Numbered from the whole stretch's first letter, positions 1 to 13,411 are shown. The stretch is 61,951 nt of DNA, filler included, from Chiloscyllium plagiosum (GCF_004010195.1; 2 parts of one record of this genome joined end to end with filler, not necessarily neighbours in it), one strand, 5' to 3'. Translations and numbers: made by a program. Notes: generated from the letters alone by a model not told the origin.

Positions 1-31
1 GTAGGGCCTGGGGTCTAGAACACACCCACTC

Positions 32-220
32 AAATATCAATCTCTTACCTTCCCGACTAGCTCTGCGCTCCAACTTCACTTCCGCCCAGCTTGCGCCACT
101 CTCTGCTGTGAAAAGACCGTTGGCGTCGAGGTAAGTTCTTAAATATCAATCACTTACCTTCCCGACTAGCTCTGCGTTCCAACTTCACATCCTCCCAGCT
201 CGCGCCGCTCTCTGCTGTGA
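32..220. repeat. Two tandem ~80-bp CpG-rich units (period 109 bp), possibly the 5' UTR of a minus-strand LINE continuing left of the window
   Basis: aaatatcaatc.cttaccttcccgactagctctgcg...ctctctgctgtga occurs at 32-111 and 141-220 with few mismatches. The LINE origin is inference. Confidence 0.7.
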
Positions 221-1303
221 CAACTTTACCAAAACATAATTTATTACAAACTGGGTGCTTTACCAGGAATAAGCTCATAGAAAAATTTCTTTCATAAAAG
301 AATCATATGTGCAAACGTGCACTCTATATCCCAACATTCCACTTTTTGCATTGCTTGTCAATTGACTTCATATTGAAAGTGGTGACATTTTGCGAAAATG
401 TTTTGCTTGTTTCTTTTCCCTTCAGTGTATTCCTTTGCTTATTCTGTATCACATTATTCAAAATTTGTATTATTAAAAGATAAGTTCAGTTCTTCATGCT
501 TGCACTGGTATATAGCACTGAAAGGAATGTTGCTTGGAGATGGGGCTGTAATATTGTATGTACTACAAGGATCAGTGCTTGGGTTCCAGTTGTTCAGTCT
601 GTATCAATGATTTAGATTTGGATGCCTTTGCTATATTTACAAGTTTGAAAATAGCAGAGCGAAGTGAGAATGTGTTGTGAGGATGATGTAGGGAGAGTTC
701 AAGAATATTTGGAATGTAAGCTGTCTGGTCAACACTTGACAGAATATAATGTGGAAAATGTATAAGGTTTTCCCCTTTGCTGGGACGAACGGGGTGCAGA
801 GTATTTCTGAAACCTGAGGTTAGCTTTAAGGAGGTGGACTTTAACTTAGATAAATATGAACTGCATTTTGGAAAGGCAAATCAGGGCAGGACTTATACAT
901 TTGTGTGAATGAGAAATGATTTCATTGAAACTTTGAAAATTCTTATTTTTTGGCAGGGTAGATGCGAATAAAGGATGGTTCCTCAAGGTCTGAAGAAGCC
1001 ATACCATCTGGTGATTCTCATAGTTGGACACGCAGCTGCAGCTTTAGACTCTTTGTGGAGGTTTAGTTGAGGAAACTTTAAGGGAAGGTTGAAATTAAAT
1101 TTAGTTAGAACATGTTGAACGTCTGCTTTTCCAATTATTTATTCACTTGTTAGTACAGAATTTGAATATAGCTGACAGTCTTGAAGCTTTTCAGCTTGCA
1201 CTCTTCAGAACAGATGGAAGAACATAAATATTAAATTAGAATGTTTGATTTACAATGACAAATAACGTGCAAATAGGTGTAAACCAGTTATCTCCCAGAG
1301 ACT

Positions 1304-1537
1304 AAAATAATGGATAAAAGCAAATTACTGCGGATGCTAGAATCTGAAACCAAAAGAGAAAATGCTGGAAAATCTCAGCAGGTCTGGCAGCATCTGTAAG
1401 GAGAGAAAAGAGCTGACGTTTCGAGTCTAACTGACCCTTTGTCAAAGACAGGGTCAGTTAGACTGGAAACGTCAGCTCTTTTCTCTCCTTACAGATGCTG
1501 CCAGACCTGCTGAGATTTTCCAGCATTTTCTCTTTTG
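1304..1537. mobile_element. PLE-derived palindromic mini-element with 14-bp target-site duplication
   Basis: 88-bp inverted arms at 1351-1438 and 1450-1537 with one mismatch; direct repeat atctcccagagact at 1290-1303 and 1538-1551. Confidence 0.85.
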
Positions 1538-1646
1538 ATCTCCCAGAGACTGCTGTGTCTGTCTACATTATAAGAAAAAGGATGCTGGTTGGTTGACACG
1601 TCAATTCTGGTCAAGGTGTTGCCATGGACAATGTACCAAGGATCAG

Positions 1647-3215
1647 TTAGAGTCATAGAGATGTACAGCGTGGAAACAGACCCTTTGGTCCAACCCGTCC
1701 ATGCCGACCAGTGATCCCAACCCAATCTAGTCCCACCTGCCAGCACCCAGCCCATATCCCTCCAAATCCTTCCTATTCATATACCCATCCAAATGCCTCT
1801 AAAATGTTGCAATTGTACCAGCCTCCACCACATCCTCTTGCAGCTCATTCCATACACGTATCACCCTCAGCGTGAAAAAATTGTCCGGTAGGTCTCTTTT
1901 ATAGCTTTCTCCTCTCACCCTAAACTATGCCCTCTAGTTTTGGACTCCCCGACCCCAGGGAAAAGACTTTGTCTATTTATCCTACCCATGCCCCTCATAA
2001 TTTTGTAAACCTCGATAAGATCACCCCTCAGCCTCAGATGCTCCAGGGAAAACAGCCCTAGCCTATTCAGCCTCTCCCTGTAGCTCAGATCCTCCAACCC
2101 TGGCAACATCCTTGTAAATCTTTTCTGNNNNNNNNNNNNNNNNNNNNNNNNNNNNNNNNNNNNNNNNNNNNNNNNNNNNNNNNNNNNNNNNNNNNNNNNN
2201 NNNNNNNNNNNNNNNNNNNNNNNNNNNNNNNNNNNNNNNNNNNNNNNNNNNNNNNNNNNNNNNNNNNNNNNNNNNNNNNNNNNNNNNNNNNNNNNNNNNN
2301 NNNNNNNNNNNNNNNNNNNNNNNNNNNNNNNNNNNNNNNNNNNNNNNNNNNNNNNNNNNNNNNNNNNNNNNNNNNNNNNNNNNNNNNNNNNNNNNNNNNN
2401 NNNNNNNNNNNNNNNNNNNNNNNNNNNNNNNNNNNNNNNNNNNNNNNNNNNNNNNNNNNNNNNNNNNNNNNNNNNNNNNNNNNNNNNNNNNNNNNNNNNN
2501 NNNNNNNNNNNNNNNNNNNNNNNNNNNNNNNNNNNNNNNNNNNNNNNNNNNNNNNNNNNNNNNNNNNNNNNNNNNNNNNNNNNNTCTTCAAAAAACTCAA
2601 TCAAGTTTGTGGGACATGATTTCCCACACACAAAGCCATGTTGACTATCCCTAATCAGTCCTTTCCTTTCCAAATACATGTACATCCTGTCCCTCACAAT
2701 TCCCTCCAACAACTCGTCCACCACCGAGGTCAGGCTCGCTGGTCTATAGTTCCCTGGCTTGTCTTTACCGCCTTTCTTAAACAGTGGCACCACGTTTGCC
2801 AACCTCCAGTCTTCCAGCACCTCACCTGTGACTTTCGATGATACAAATATCTCAGCAAGAGGCCCAGCAATCACTTCTCTAGCTTCCCACAGAGTTCTCG
2901 GGTACACGTGATTAGGTTCTGAGGATTTATCCACCTTTAACCGTTTCATGACATCGAGCACTTCCTCCTCTGTAATCTGGACATTTTGCAAGATGTCACC
3001 ATCTATTTCCCTACAGTCTATATCTTCCATATCCTTTTCCACAGTAAATACTGATGCAAGATATTCATTTAGTATCTCCCCTATTTTCTGTGGCTCCTTG
3101 CTGATCTTTGAGGGGTCCTATTCTCTCCCTAGTTACCCTTTTGTCCTTAATTTATTTGTAAAAACCCTTTGGATTCTCCTTAATTCTATTTGTCAAAGCT
3201 ATCTCATGTCCCCGT
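1647..3215 (-). mobile_element. CR1-type LINE, 5'-truncated, interrupted by an N gap
   Basis: RT motifs WRLANVVPLFKKG..PGNYRP, SQHGF and RLRGDLIEVYKIM, plus a 3' UTR shared with the copy at 20423. Confidence 0.92.
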
Positions 3216-4899
3216 TTTCCCCCAAGCTTTTCTTCTTATTCAAAAATAGCACTTGGATTGATTGGTTGCGTTGTGGTCATTGGGAAATGTACCTGAGCAG
3301 AGTTGTGCCCCAGCCTTTCATGTGTTTGGCCAAGGTCTGAGCATGTACTGCCTATTTCTAGGTGACAGGGCCCTGTGTTTGTATATACGGAGCTTCTTGC
3401 AAGTGTAAGTGAGCCATTTGCAAGCCTAACAAATTGGTTTAAATTATTTCAATTTTAAGTTGGTTGCTAGCATAATTCTTAGATTCTTCAGCAATCTCAA
3501 AATCACGTCTGTTGTTTGACACTGTTAGGGGTTTTACAGACATGACCTGCTGAGTATAGCTAATCTTCCTGTTGCAAACAAGCCCAAGGGATGAGCTATC
3601 TGATACAATCCACTTATTGGCGGTAGCAATCACTTGCCATTGAGTATGATTGTCCATCGAGGGAATTCTGTCTCTGGTCTTTGTGAGGCTGATGAGCCGA
3701 TCCTAGAGTTGGATCTCCAACTGCACATTTGGCATTTCTCTGCACATCTCCCTGCACTCTGTTAGTCATTATGATATATGGTCCACATATCTGGCATCAA
3801 ATCGATGCTGAAATTCATATAACTGATTACACATTTGTGGTAGGCAGAATGTACTTTTAGCTTAACAACTACATCTGTTGCTGAAGAATACCACTTGTGT
3901 TATTACTATACAGTAACAGTGAGAAATGGTTATCTTCACAAGTTGCTTAAACCTGTAGTGTAATTTTAAATAGACTGGGCACTTTTTGGGGTGGTTGTAG
4001 CCTTCGGCCATATTCGTGAGTTTGAGAGATACAGAAAGCAATGATTTGAAAGAGACTGCCATTATCCAGTTTTGTTGTACCATTTTTTTCGCATCAAATT
4101 TCACTAAGCGAATACCTCCACCCTATTTACGTGGTTTCCAATAAAGCTGAACCTTTGGTACCTGAAACAGAGGACTCCTTAACTTGTTAAATTGCCAGTT
4201 ATGTGAATTCCCATGGCAACGTTTTGACTAGCGGTTGCTTTGCTTTGACAGTGTTGGGGTGGGGTGGATGGGACGGACAGGGGGAGCAGGTGGGGCAGGG
4301 GCAGATGACAGATGTGTTGGGCGGGGTTAAGGGTCAGACTTTCTCTGACTAACTGTCCAAAATGCCTGGTCATTGGTTCAATGTTGTCAAAACAGTAAAA
4401 TTCAAATTCAATTGACTTTTACTATCTTGTGGCATAATTTAAACTGGTTGAACTCGAAAACAGTTGTTGTGAAAACAACTCCGTGTCTATGTTACAGTCA
4501 AAAATGTTACATCTTTCAATTTTTCAGCACATAGATGTTGCCATCTTTAACTCTCTCTCATATGTACAGTACACACCCTCAACTTCATAACACAAAAATT
4601 TAAACCTTCTCAGAAGAAAATCCAAAGTTGTGTTGTACTCTTTGGACTAGATTGCCATATGGCCCATGCTTGTAACTTGGTACACCTGGTTAGATTTGAT
4701 CTTGAGGTTATAATGTAAGTGGTAGAACAGTAGACTAGCGGGAGAGCCTTGTAGAATTAATACCAAAGCCAGTGTTGTACTCTGATCAGAGGGACCTAAA
4801 CCAATGGATAATATTTGAAGTGAAAATAGGACCAAGAAACAATTCAAAAATGACAATATATCAAATGGATTAGTAATTGAACTATCGTGTTTTCTCCAG

Positions 4900-5087
4900 C
4901 TATACACTTACGGAGTCAGCAGAGGTACTTTGAAGGTACGAGCAGAAAATGCCGAATCATTTCAGATCAACAGTCGAGAATTTTTCAGCGAGGAACTGGT
5001 TAAAGCTGGAAATGGATTGCAGCTTGCTGATGGTGGTAGGCTTATACCTGACGATAATGGAATGGCAGGAAAAAGTGAATTTTACAG
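4900..5087 (+). CDS. BRCA2: BRCA2 exon equivalent to human exon 16 (helical domain)
   Basis: tttctccag|CTA acceptor and AG|gttag donor; 188 nt. Translates LYTYGVSRGTLKVRAENAESFQINSREFFSEELVKAGNGLQLADGGRLIPDDNGMAGKSEFYR, matching human LYTYGVS...GIQLADGGWLIP...GKAGKEEFYR. Confidence 0.97.
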
Positions 5088-7071
5088 GTTAGAGATATAT
5101 AGCTATATTTTTCTTCAACATCAGATTAAAATTTTATTACAAATGTGCACTGACCATGTCTGCTGAAATTTAAATCCACCTTCTGGTTACCCATTCTGCA
5201 AGTTTGCACTGATTTTAATATGCTGTGGGAACTTGCAACACAGTATTTTAAAAGAGAAAATCTGATAGTCAACTTAAATTGTCCTAATATGACAAATATA
5301 ATGACAAAGGGACGTAAGATGCTTGTCCACTTTTCGTCGGCAGATATTGACAGTTAAAGTAGTGAAAAAGAACAGAAAAATTTCAAAAATGACTTGACAA
5401 TTCCATAAGGATTGGTTCATGTGACCCTTTTTGAGCCTGCTCTGGCCAGTGCAGTTAGATCATGGTGGATCTGATTTTAATGTCAACTTTAGATTCCTGC
5501 ATATCCCTGACAATCATTATGCAAGTTGAAAATGTACTTGTGATTTGCCTTTGCCTTTGCCTTTGATTTCATTCAACTTTTCAGTACACTACATCATGAC
5601 ACTGAGGCAGACAGCTAAACTAAATTAGCCTCTTTCTACCCTCTGTATTAAAAGCACACTAAAATTAAACTATCAAAGAATCAGCACATTGGTTCTTAAC
5701 CAGACTTTTGAATCAATCTCATGATTATGTAAATAATCATCTTCCAAACATCAATTTTGTATCTTGAACAAAAGACTTGCATATTTATTAAATGCACAAT
5801 AACTTTAGCAGAGAGAAAACTAAACAGCACAGTACATCCATCAACACCTTTAAATGCAGAAAATATGTTTCCAGGTCTCATTCACACAAAGGCAAACAGA
5901 CAGTTAACACTGGATAAATAAAAGAAAATAACAAAGCTGGCTAAATTTCTTAAGTATCTTTCACAATGTATTGTTGCACAGGCATAGATAGGTAATTCTT
6001 CATTGGTTTTCTGGAACTGCCAATCACAGTCACCTTCTTAGTCTGCCCAACAAAAGGCAGCAAGTTGGCACTCTGTTTTCTATTATTTGCGCTTCCAAAA
6101 AGCAGTGTAACAGATTAGGCAAGGAGCTTTCAAATCTTCGTGCTGTCTTGTCATCAACCAAGCTAGTCTACTCTGAAAAGACAGATTCAACTGAATGTCT
6201 TCCTCATGGCTTAATTACCATTCAGCAACAACCATTTGCTTGAACACAGCATCTCTTCCAGGCTTGCTGGAACCAATTCCCAGGTGCTGACCTCATTAAT
6301 GGCCTACTTCAACTATCTGTATAAACACCGTGCTCTTTGTGAGGTTATTGTATCTGTTGGAACTGTTTTAACCGTGACCTAGCCTGCAATTTGCCTCCAG
6401 GCTTGCACCCTCAAACAAGGCTTGGTTAGTCTGTTCTTTTCTTTTTATCGCAAACTGTTTCAATATCTGCAAATTATTCTTAGCTTACGACTCCCAGTTC
6501 GGAGCTTCAAACCAAAATTAAGAAATATAAAATTATACAAGTACTGAAACATCAGCTAGGGTTCTAACAATTGATGAAACCATTTCATCTAATTCTTCCA
6601 AGTGAAGATTGTTCTGTGTCGCTGTTGCTTAGCATTGACTGCATCTTTAAAACTTTATTGATATTTATGATCTGTCTTGAAAATGCACTTGGTCCAGCAG
6701 AGCAGAATCTAGTTATGTTCATTCTCAATGTGTGCCTCCTCCTAATCTCCAATTAGATCTTTCAATTCACCTCCTGTATTGCCCTATTCCATCTCCGTAC
6801 TGCAACATTAAACCTCACTTGAAGTGCACAATTGTTATCTGCTTCAGTCATTGTAGGGCATGTTCTATGTTCTCGGCACTTTGTCTCCTGTAATCTCGAA
6901 TGAAACTCTTATCTATCCTGTGTTAGTAAAGATGTCTTTATGTACTCATTTTTTTTTTAAGTTGTGCCATTTCACCAAGACTGAGAATCTCCTATTTCTT
7001 GGACAACTCTTCTAAGGTACAAGGTATAGGAAACACCTCTGCTTATTCAATAATCTAAAAATGTCCTCTTC

Positions 7072-7074
<3 letters not shown>

Positions 7075-7124
<50 letters not shown>

Positions 7125-7560
7125 TCACTCTCACACTCTCACACACACTCTCTCACACTCACACTCTCACACTCACTCTCTCACACTCANNNNNNNNNNN
7201 NNNNNNNNNNNNNNNNNNNNNNNNNNNNNNNNNNNNNNNNNNNNNNNNNNNNNNNNNNNNNNNNNNNNNNNNNNNNNNNNNNNNNNNNNNNNNNNNNNNN
7301 NNNNNNNNNNNNNNNNNNNNNNNNNNNNNNNNNNNNNNNNNNNNNNNNNNNNNNNNNNNNNNNNNNNNNNNNNNNNNNNNNNNNNNNNNNNNNNNNNNNN
7401 NNNNNNNNNNNNNNNNNNNNNNNNNNNNNNNNNNNNNNNNNNNNNNNNNNNNNNNNNNNNNNNNNNNNNNNNNNNNNNNNNNNNNNNNNNNNNNNNNNNN
7501 NNNNNCTCTCTCTCTCTCTCTCTCTCACACTCTCTCACACTCTCTCTCTCACTCTCTCTT
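7075..7560. repeat. (CT)n/(CA)n compound microsatellite flanking an N gap (7190-7505)
   Basis: Direct inspection of the sequence. Confidence 0.95.
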
Positions 7561-7789
7561 TCTGTTTACTTTCCTATTTTCTATTACAGACTTGCAGCAC
7601 TATTTAAATTAACGGAATAGTGATAAGATCATGAGAAATAAGAACGAATAGGCATAGAGAGGACCTTAATGAGAAGTGGAGAAGAGTTCATTAGGTGGAT
7701 ACTTGGCTTACAACACAAAAAGATATGGAGGTATTACAGGGCAGTTCTTTTGTTAATGATTCCACAGTGGGACAAGAAAGGTCAAAGTG

Positions 7790-9220
7790 TGCAAGCATAA
7801 AACAGAATACACTCAGTGGAGAGAAAAGTTAAAAAGGCAAAATTAATGACTATTAACTGAAATGTACATAGTATTCAAAACAAAATAAATTAAAAGGCAC
7901 AAAGGAAGGGCGATGCATTCAACCTTATTGCCATTACAGAGATATGATTTTAAAGAGACCAAAGCTAGGGAATAAATATTGGTGAATATAAACAAAATTT
8001 CTTTCACTAGAGAAGAACTAGTAGGGAAACTAATGGGGGCTAAAGGCAGATAAACACCCAGGACCCAATGGGCTGTATCCTAGGATTTTCAAGGGAATAA
8101 CAGTAGAGACAGTAGATGGGCTGGTAGTTGTCTCCCAAGAAATTATCAAAAATTTCTTTTAAATTTCAATGACTGTAGGCCCAATCTCTCAAGTCCATGG
8201 CATTAGGAGTAGTATATTTAGTATGAATAATGAGTTGTTTAATTAATAGAAGACGAGAGTTTGGTTAAAGAAGGCATTTTCAGGATGGCAAGCCTTAATG
8301 AATGGAATGCCATGGGGGTTAGTGCTAGGGTCACAGTTGAATGCAATATTTATCAATGGACTGAATGACAGAAGTGAATGTACAATTGTCAAGTTTGCAG
8401 TGAGGCAAAAATAGGTCAAAAGGTAAGTATTGAGGATGACAATGTCTATAGAGGGATATAGAAAGGTTAAGTGGGTGGGCAAAATCTTGGAATATATTGT
8501 GGGAGAATGTAAGCTTTTGTCTTTGCCAGGAAGAATAGGAGAGCTAAATATTATTTAAATGAGGACAAACTGCCGAAAGCTGCAGTTTGGAGGGATTTGG
8601 GGGTCTTCATGCATATCCAGTTTTAGCTGATAATAGAAAAGGCAAATAAACTGTTAGCCTTTATTTCAAAGGGAATGGAGTCTAAAAATAGCAAAGTCCT
8701 GTATAAATACTTCAAAGCACTAATCGGTCAACATTTATAACACTGTGAATACTTTTGGTGCCCGAATGAAACATACTAGTAATGGAGACAATTCAGAGAA
8801 GATTCACTATGGTTGATTCTGGTATGAGGATTTTCCTTACGAGGAGACATTGAGTCGAATGGCCTAGTACTCATTGGGGTTATAAATAAGAGGTGGCCAT
8901 ACTGAAACTTTTAAAATTCTTAGAGGACTTGACATGGTAGATGGATAAAGTCTAGGACCAGAGATCTCATCTCAGAAAAGGGTCGCCCATTCAAGACTGA
9001 GGTTGGGGAAGAATTTTTTTCTGAGGGTAGACAGTCTGTGGAATTTTTTATCAAAGAAGGCTGTAAAGTGTTATCGTGAAATATATTCCAGGATGATAGA
9101 GTGGGATTTTTATTCTGTAAGGGAAGTTAATGTGTGGCAATACAGCAGGAAGTGGATTTGAGGATTATCAGATTAGCTATGATCTCATGGAATGGGGGAG
9201 CAAATTTGGTTGACTGAATT
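7790..9220 (+). mobile_element. Old, highly degenerate CR1-like LINE fragments
   Basis: Eroded RT-like segments (gtgctagggtcacag, aagtttgcag, cagagaagattcact) and a CR1-like 3' end; boundaries approximate. Confidence 0.65.
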
Positions 9221-9500
9221 TGTTATTGACTTGCCTTCAAGTAGCTGTATCCAGTTCATTTTTGCCTGATCATGTCTTTATAAAACTTTTTCCTTCCTCC
9301 AGTTTAGAACTGCTTCTCTTGTTGTCTTTGTCCAATTGAATAAGAATGCTAAATTTAATATTATTATATTCATTATCTCCAAACTGGACACCCGTTGCTG
9401 CTTCATCCCGTTGCCTGACTTTATTTCATAAGACTAAATCAAGAATTGTGCCCTCTGTTATTGGGCTTATTACATGTTGGCTAAAAATGTTCTGAATATG

Positions 9501-9719
9501 CAGTCAGTTCCGCTATTACGTGGTAGTACCGTTCTTGTGCAATCACATGTTATAAGAAAATCACATAATAGAAATACCCATTAAACGAATGACACCAGAA
9601 TCGCATTATATCCAATGCACGCTTTAAAAATTCACACTAGAGAAATAATGTCCCCAATTAGTCAATCGTGTTATAGCAAATTAGCATTTGTGAAATGTGC
9701 ATTATAACAGAACGACCTA
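9501..9719 (+). mobile_element. Non-autonomous DNA-transposon derivative (Tigger/pogo-like MITE)
   Basis: Imperfect terminal inverted repeats cagtcagttccgctattacg and cattataacagaacgacct. A diverged copy lies in opposite orientation at about 11190-11378. Confidence 0.6.
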
Positions 9720-9912
9720 TAGTTTAAGAATATTATGACCTCTAAACCTTTGAAATGGTTTCAAGTTTCAATTGATAATCGGGTCATTGCATACCCTAAT
9801 TATTAAGGTTATATTTTTCTGCACTTAGAAATTAACCCATGTGTTTGCTCCTTGAACTTTCTTCACTGTATGTGGGTCAAAAGTACACACCAAGCGGTGT
9901 TGTTATAATCCT

Positions 9913-10256
9913 GGGCAGCACAGTGGCTCAGTGGTTAACACTGCTGCCTCACAGTGCTAGGGACCCGGGTTCAATTCCAGGTTCGGGCGACTGTCTGCAT
10001 GGAGTTTGCACATTCTCCCCATGTCTGTGTGGGTTTCCTCTGGGTGCTCCAGTTTCCTCCCACAGACCAAAGATGTGCAGGTTAGGTGAATTGGCCATAC
10101 TAAATTGCCCGTTGTGTTTAGGGATGTGTGGGTGAGGTGCATTAGTCTGGTAAATGTAATGTGATAGGGTAGGAGAATGGGTCTGGCTGGCTTACTTTTG
10201 GTGTATCGGTGTGGATTGTGTGTCCAAAGGGCCTGTTTCCAGACTGTAGGGATTCT
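9913..10256 (+). mobile_element. tRNA-derived SINE (shark HE1/V-SINE type)
   Basis: A box tggctcagtgg, B box ggttcaattcc, and central gagtttgcacattctcccc...gggtttcctc...tttcctcccacag domain. Confidence 0.9.
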
Positions 10257-11189
10257 CTTTTTCTGTGAAAACTGAGCTTGCACTTTCAAATCTTCAAATA
10301 ATGTCTTCACAGTTCTAGCCTGGCATTTCTCATCTAAAAGTTTCAAGCTGAAACCTTTGCACTGATGTAACCTATTCCTTAACTTTTCTTAACTAACTCC
10401 TTTCTGTGAATAAACTCTTTCATGCATTTAACTTCAATCATGACTTGTGCAAAAGCTTTCCAAGCTATGGATTTTTCCCATAAGCAAAATGAAAATTCCT
10501 GATTCTTCTTAACTAAAGCAAACTAATGGCACTCAATGTTTATTCTGTCCACTCGTAAAACACTCACATTGCAAACAAATTCCCATTGTCACTCAGGGAC
10601 TCCCCATCTCATACTACCTTTTTTTGCCTTTGAGGTCAACTTAAATGTCATCATTTGATGCATAATTCGGTATATTGCTCTTCTCCCAGCGGTAATTAAT
10701 TCTTGTTATGGCTGAGGGGTAGCAAGCCAGATGAAATCAAGCTTGCTAACATTGGATTCACATTACAATGAAATGAAAACATTTGATGACCCTCAAAATA
10801 TCCCAGTTGTTTCTAAACCGACTTGAATAAAACAGATATCAGACAACAAGTTTATAACTTAATCAGAAATTAACAATATATTGTTAATACTCTAACTTCA
10901 GTGGAGCAAAGCTAAACAATGAGATAATCTAATTAATGACTGTGATTTAAACCCAATCTTCTTTGATTATAACTTCCATTCTCTGTCAGACAGACATCAG
11001 TAAGGGATAAGTTAGAAAGAAAAGAAGCATTGAAATTTGTATCAGTTTGATAATGGTTTCAGTACCATGTTTTAACAGGATCCTTGAACAATACATTGCA
11101 TTACAGGCCACATGGAACTCTAACTTGTTTGAATTCCGAAGTCATCAGTCAAAGCAAACAGCTTCCATCTGGCTCCAAGGAATATACAC

Positions 11190-11378
11190 TTGCAGATCAT
11201 ACTGTTATAATGTGCATTTCATCAACACAAATTTGGTGTGATGCAATTGACGCATTGGGAATGCTGTTTCTACAGTGCAAACTTTTAAAAACATATGTTG
11301 GCTGTTTCTAAAGCACAATTTTTCTATATTGCGGAGTTGCACAAGAATGCAACCATCACATTATAGGAGAACTGACCA
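11190..11378 (-). mobile_element. Diverged copy of the 9501 MITE
   Basis: Reverse-complement similarity to 9501-9719 (ttgcacaagaa, cattataggagaactgac). Confidence 0.55.
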
Positions 11379-12260
11379 TTTATTATAAACTGGGATTCTT
11401 TACTCGGGCATTCAATAACCCTTTAACTGAATATAAAGCTAGAGACAGTAAAAGTCAAACACAACTTCCCAGTCCAGTAGCATCTAAGCATGCATCTTTT
11501 TGTCCCCAAAACCCAGTCAAAATCCAATTAATCTATAGTTTCTCTTTTTATCAAAATTTTCCCTCTGACTGGCTGGCTAGTGCCTTGATGACCAATGCAG
11601 CATCCAATCAGCTGCCAGTCCTTAAACCTAACACCTTCAGGAGCTGAAACAGCTGCAGTATTCTTAGAATGATAATTAATCTTCAGTGACCTTTACAGGC
11701 CCCCTCCCAAATGCCAGTGTCACTTTGGTGAAAGTGAGGACTGCAGATGCTTGGAGATTAGAGTTGAGAGTATGGTGCTGAAAAAGCCCAGCAGGACAGG
11801 CAGTATCCCAGGAGCAGGAAAATTGACTTTTCGGGCACAAGCCCTTCATCGATTTTTCTACTCCTCTGATTAGAACTGCAACTGCAATAATGGATTGTAG
11901 GTAGCGTTTTTTGTAATGGCAAAAATGTTAAATGAACTGTCCTACAATTTGTGCTTTCTGTCTCCATTTTACATTAAATAGTGGTATGATATAACTTATC
12001 TGGCAAATATGTAGCGCAGTACGTGAATTTCAGTGCCAGTATCTGCTAGGTATTTAGCCACGTCTCAAAGACTGACGGATTATATTGAACAACGTGTGCC
12101 TTCTGGCTTTTGACACAAATAAGGCATTGACTACATAGTCTACCCTTGCAAAACTTGCAACATAGTATCCTGCTTTAAACGTGATTTTATAATTGTACAA
12201 AATTTGCTAAATAATCCTGAGGGCCCTGTTCTTTACGGCCAAAAAAGTGTATACATTCTG

Positions 12261-12510
12261 GGGTGTAGGTTTGCCCGCTGAGCTGTAGGTTTGATATCTA
12301 GACGTTTCATTACCTGGCTAGGTAACATCATCAGTGGCGACCTCCAAGTGAAGCAAAACACATAAATAGAAAGCAGGAGACAACAGCTTCGCTTCACTTG
12401 GACGTCGCCACGTATGATGTTACCTAGCCAGGTAATGAAACGTCTGGATATCAAACCTACAGCTCAGCGAGCAAACCTATACCCTAAACCCCAACCTGAG
12501 CTACAAATCT
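12261..12510. mobile_element. PLE-derived palindromic mini-element with 13-bp target-site duplication
   Basis: Inverted arms of about 95 bp (12261-12355 and 12391-12485); direct repeat tgtatacattctg at 12248-12260 and 12511-12523; hammerhead core in the left arm on the minus strand. Confidence 0.85.
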
Positions 12511-12773
12511 TGTATACATTCTGCCTGCTTTATTTCAACAAGCTATGTCAGCCATTTTCTGGTTAATTTCTCAGGGCAGTGCCTTGACCAATCAAGGTGA
12601 ACCTGTCTGATCTGAAATTTTGGCAAGGCTTGGCAGTTAACTGTCAATTTTCACTAACTGATGCATTGTCCAAGGCAATGCCTCCACCAATCAAGATTCC
12701 ACTTGCCAAACAATTAGCGCTATTCTTTTGTGCAATAAATGTACTGTTTTTCCTTTTACTTTGGTATCACTCA

Positions 12774-12959
12774 GTGGAGAAAGTGAGGACTGCAGATGCT
12801 GGAGATCAGAGTCGATAGGTCAGGCAGCATCCGAGGAGCAGACGAATTGATGTTTTGGGCATAAGCTCTTCATCAGAAATGATTCCTGATGCAGGGCTGA
12901 TGCCAAAAATGTCCATGATGCTGCTTGACTTGCTGTGCTTTTCCAGCGCTACACTCTCG
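12774..12959. mobile_element. Degenerate PLE-derived palindromic mini-element
   Basis: Same family as the termini of the 46726 element; direct repeat atcactca at 12766-12773 and 12960-12967. Confidence 0.7.
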
Positions 12960-13411
12960 ATCACTCACAACTTGTCCTAATGAAAGACTGAAAGCTTGCA
13001 CAGAATGTGTATTTCTTAGTAATACTTGTGTGTGTTCTGAGTCATGCTGTTGAGTCAGCATTGTAACTGTAACAACTATAATAATACTGCACTATCTGTT
13101 ATAACTAATAGTAATAATAAAAAATACAAATAATCTGGACTTTTCTTCCGAATGCATTTATTAATATTTAAACCTTTAAAAGATGCCTGTATCATTAGTG
13201 ACTTCTAAAATCAATTCTGTGCTTCCCTTGTTTATATGGTAAACAAATGTGAGAAATTAAAAGCTAAGATATTTTGGATGGGTTTTGTGAATCATGGGCT
13301 CTTTCAGGGATGTTGTTTACCAAAGCTACACTATCTCAGGGAAACTTAATCATGTGGTCTAACAATGTACTGTAATTTGATCAATTTCTTTCTCTCCCAC
13401 CACTCTCGCAG

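Noticed and set aside
4252..4333. G-run cluster with G-quadruplex potential about 570 nt upstream of BRCA2 exon 16
   Set aside because: Irregular runs of this kind are common and nothing else supports a function.
9913..9980. tRNA-like A and B boxes (also at 33772, 43956, 61307)
   Set aside because: They continue into SINE bodies, so they are not tRNA genes.
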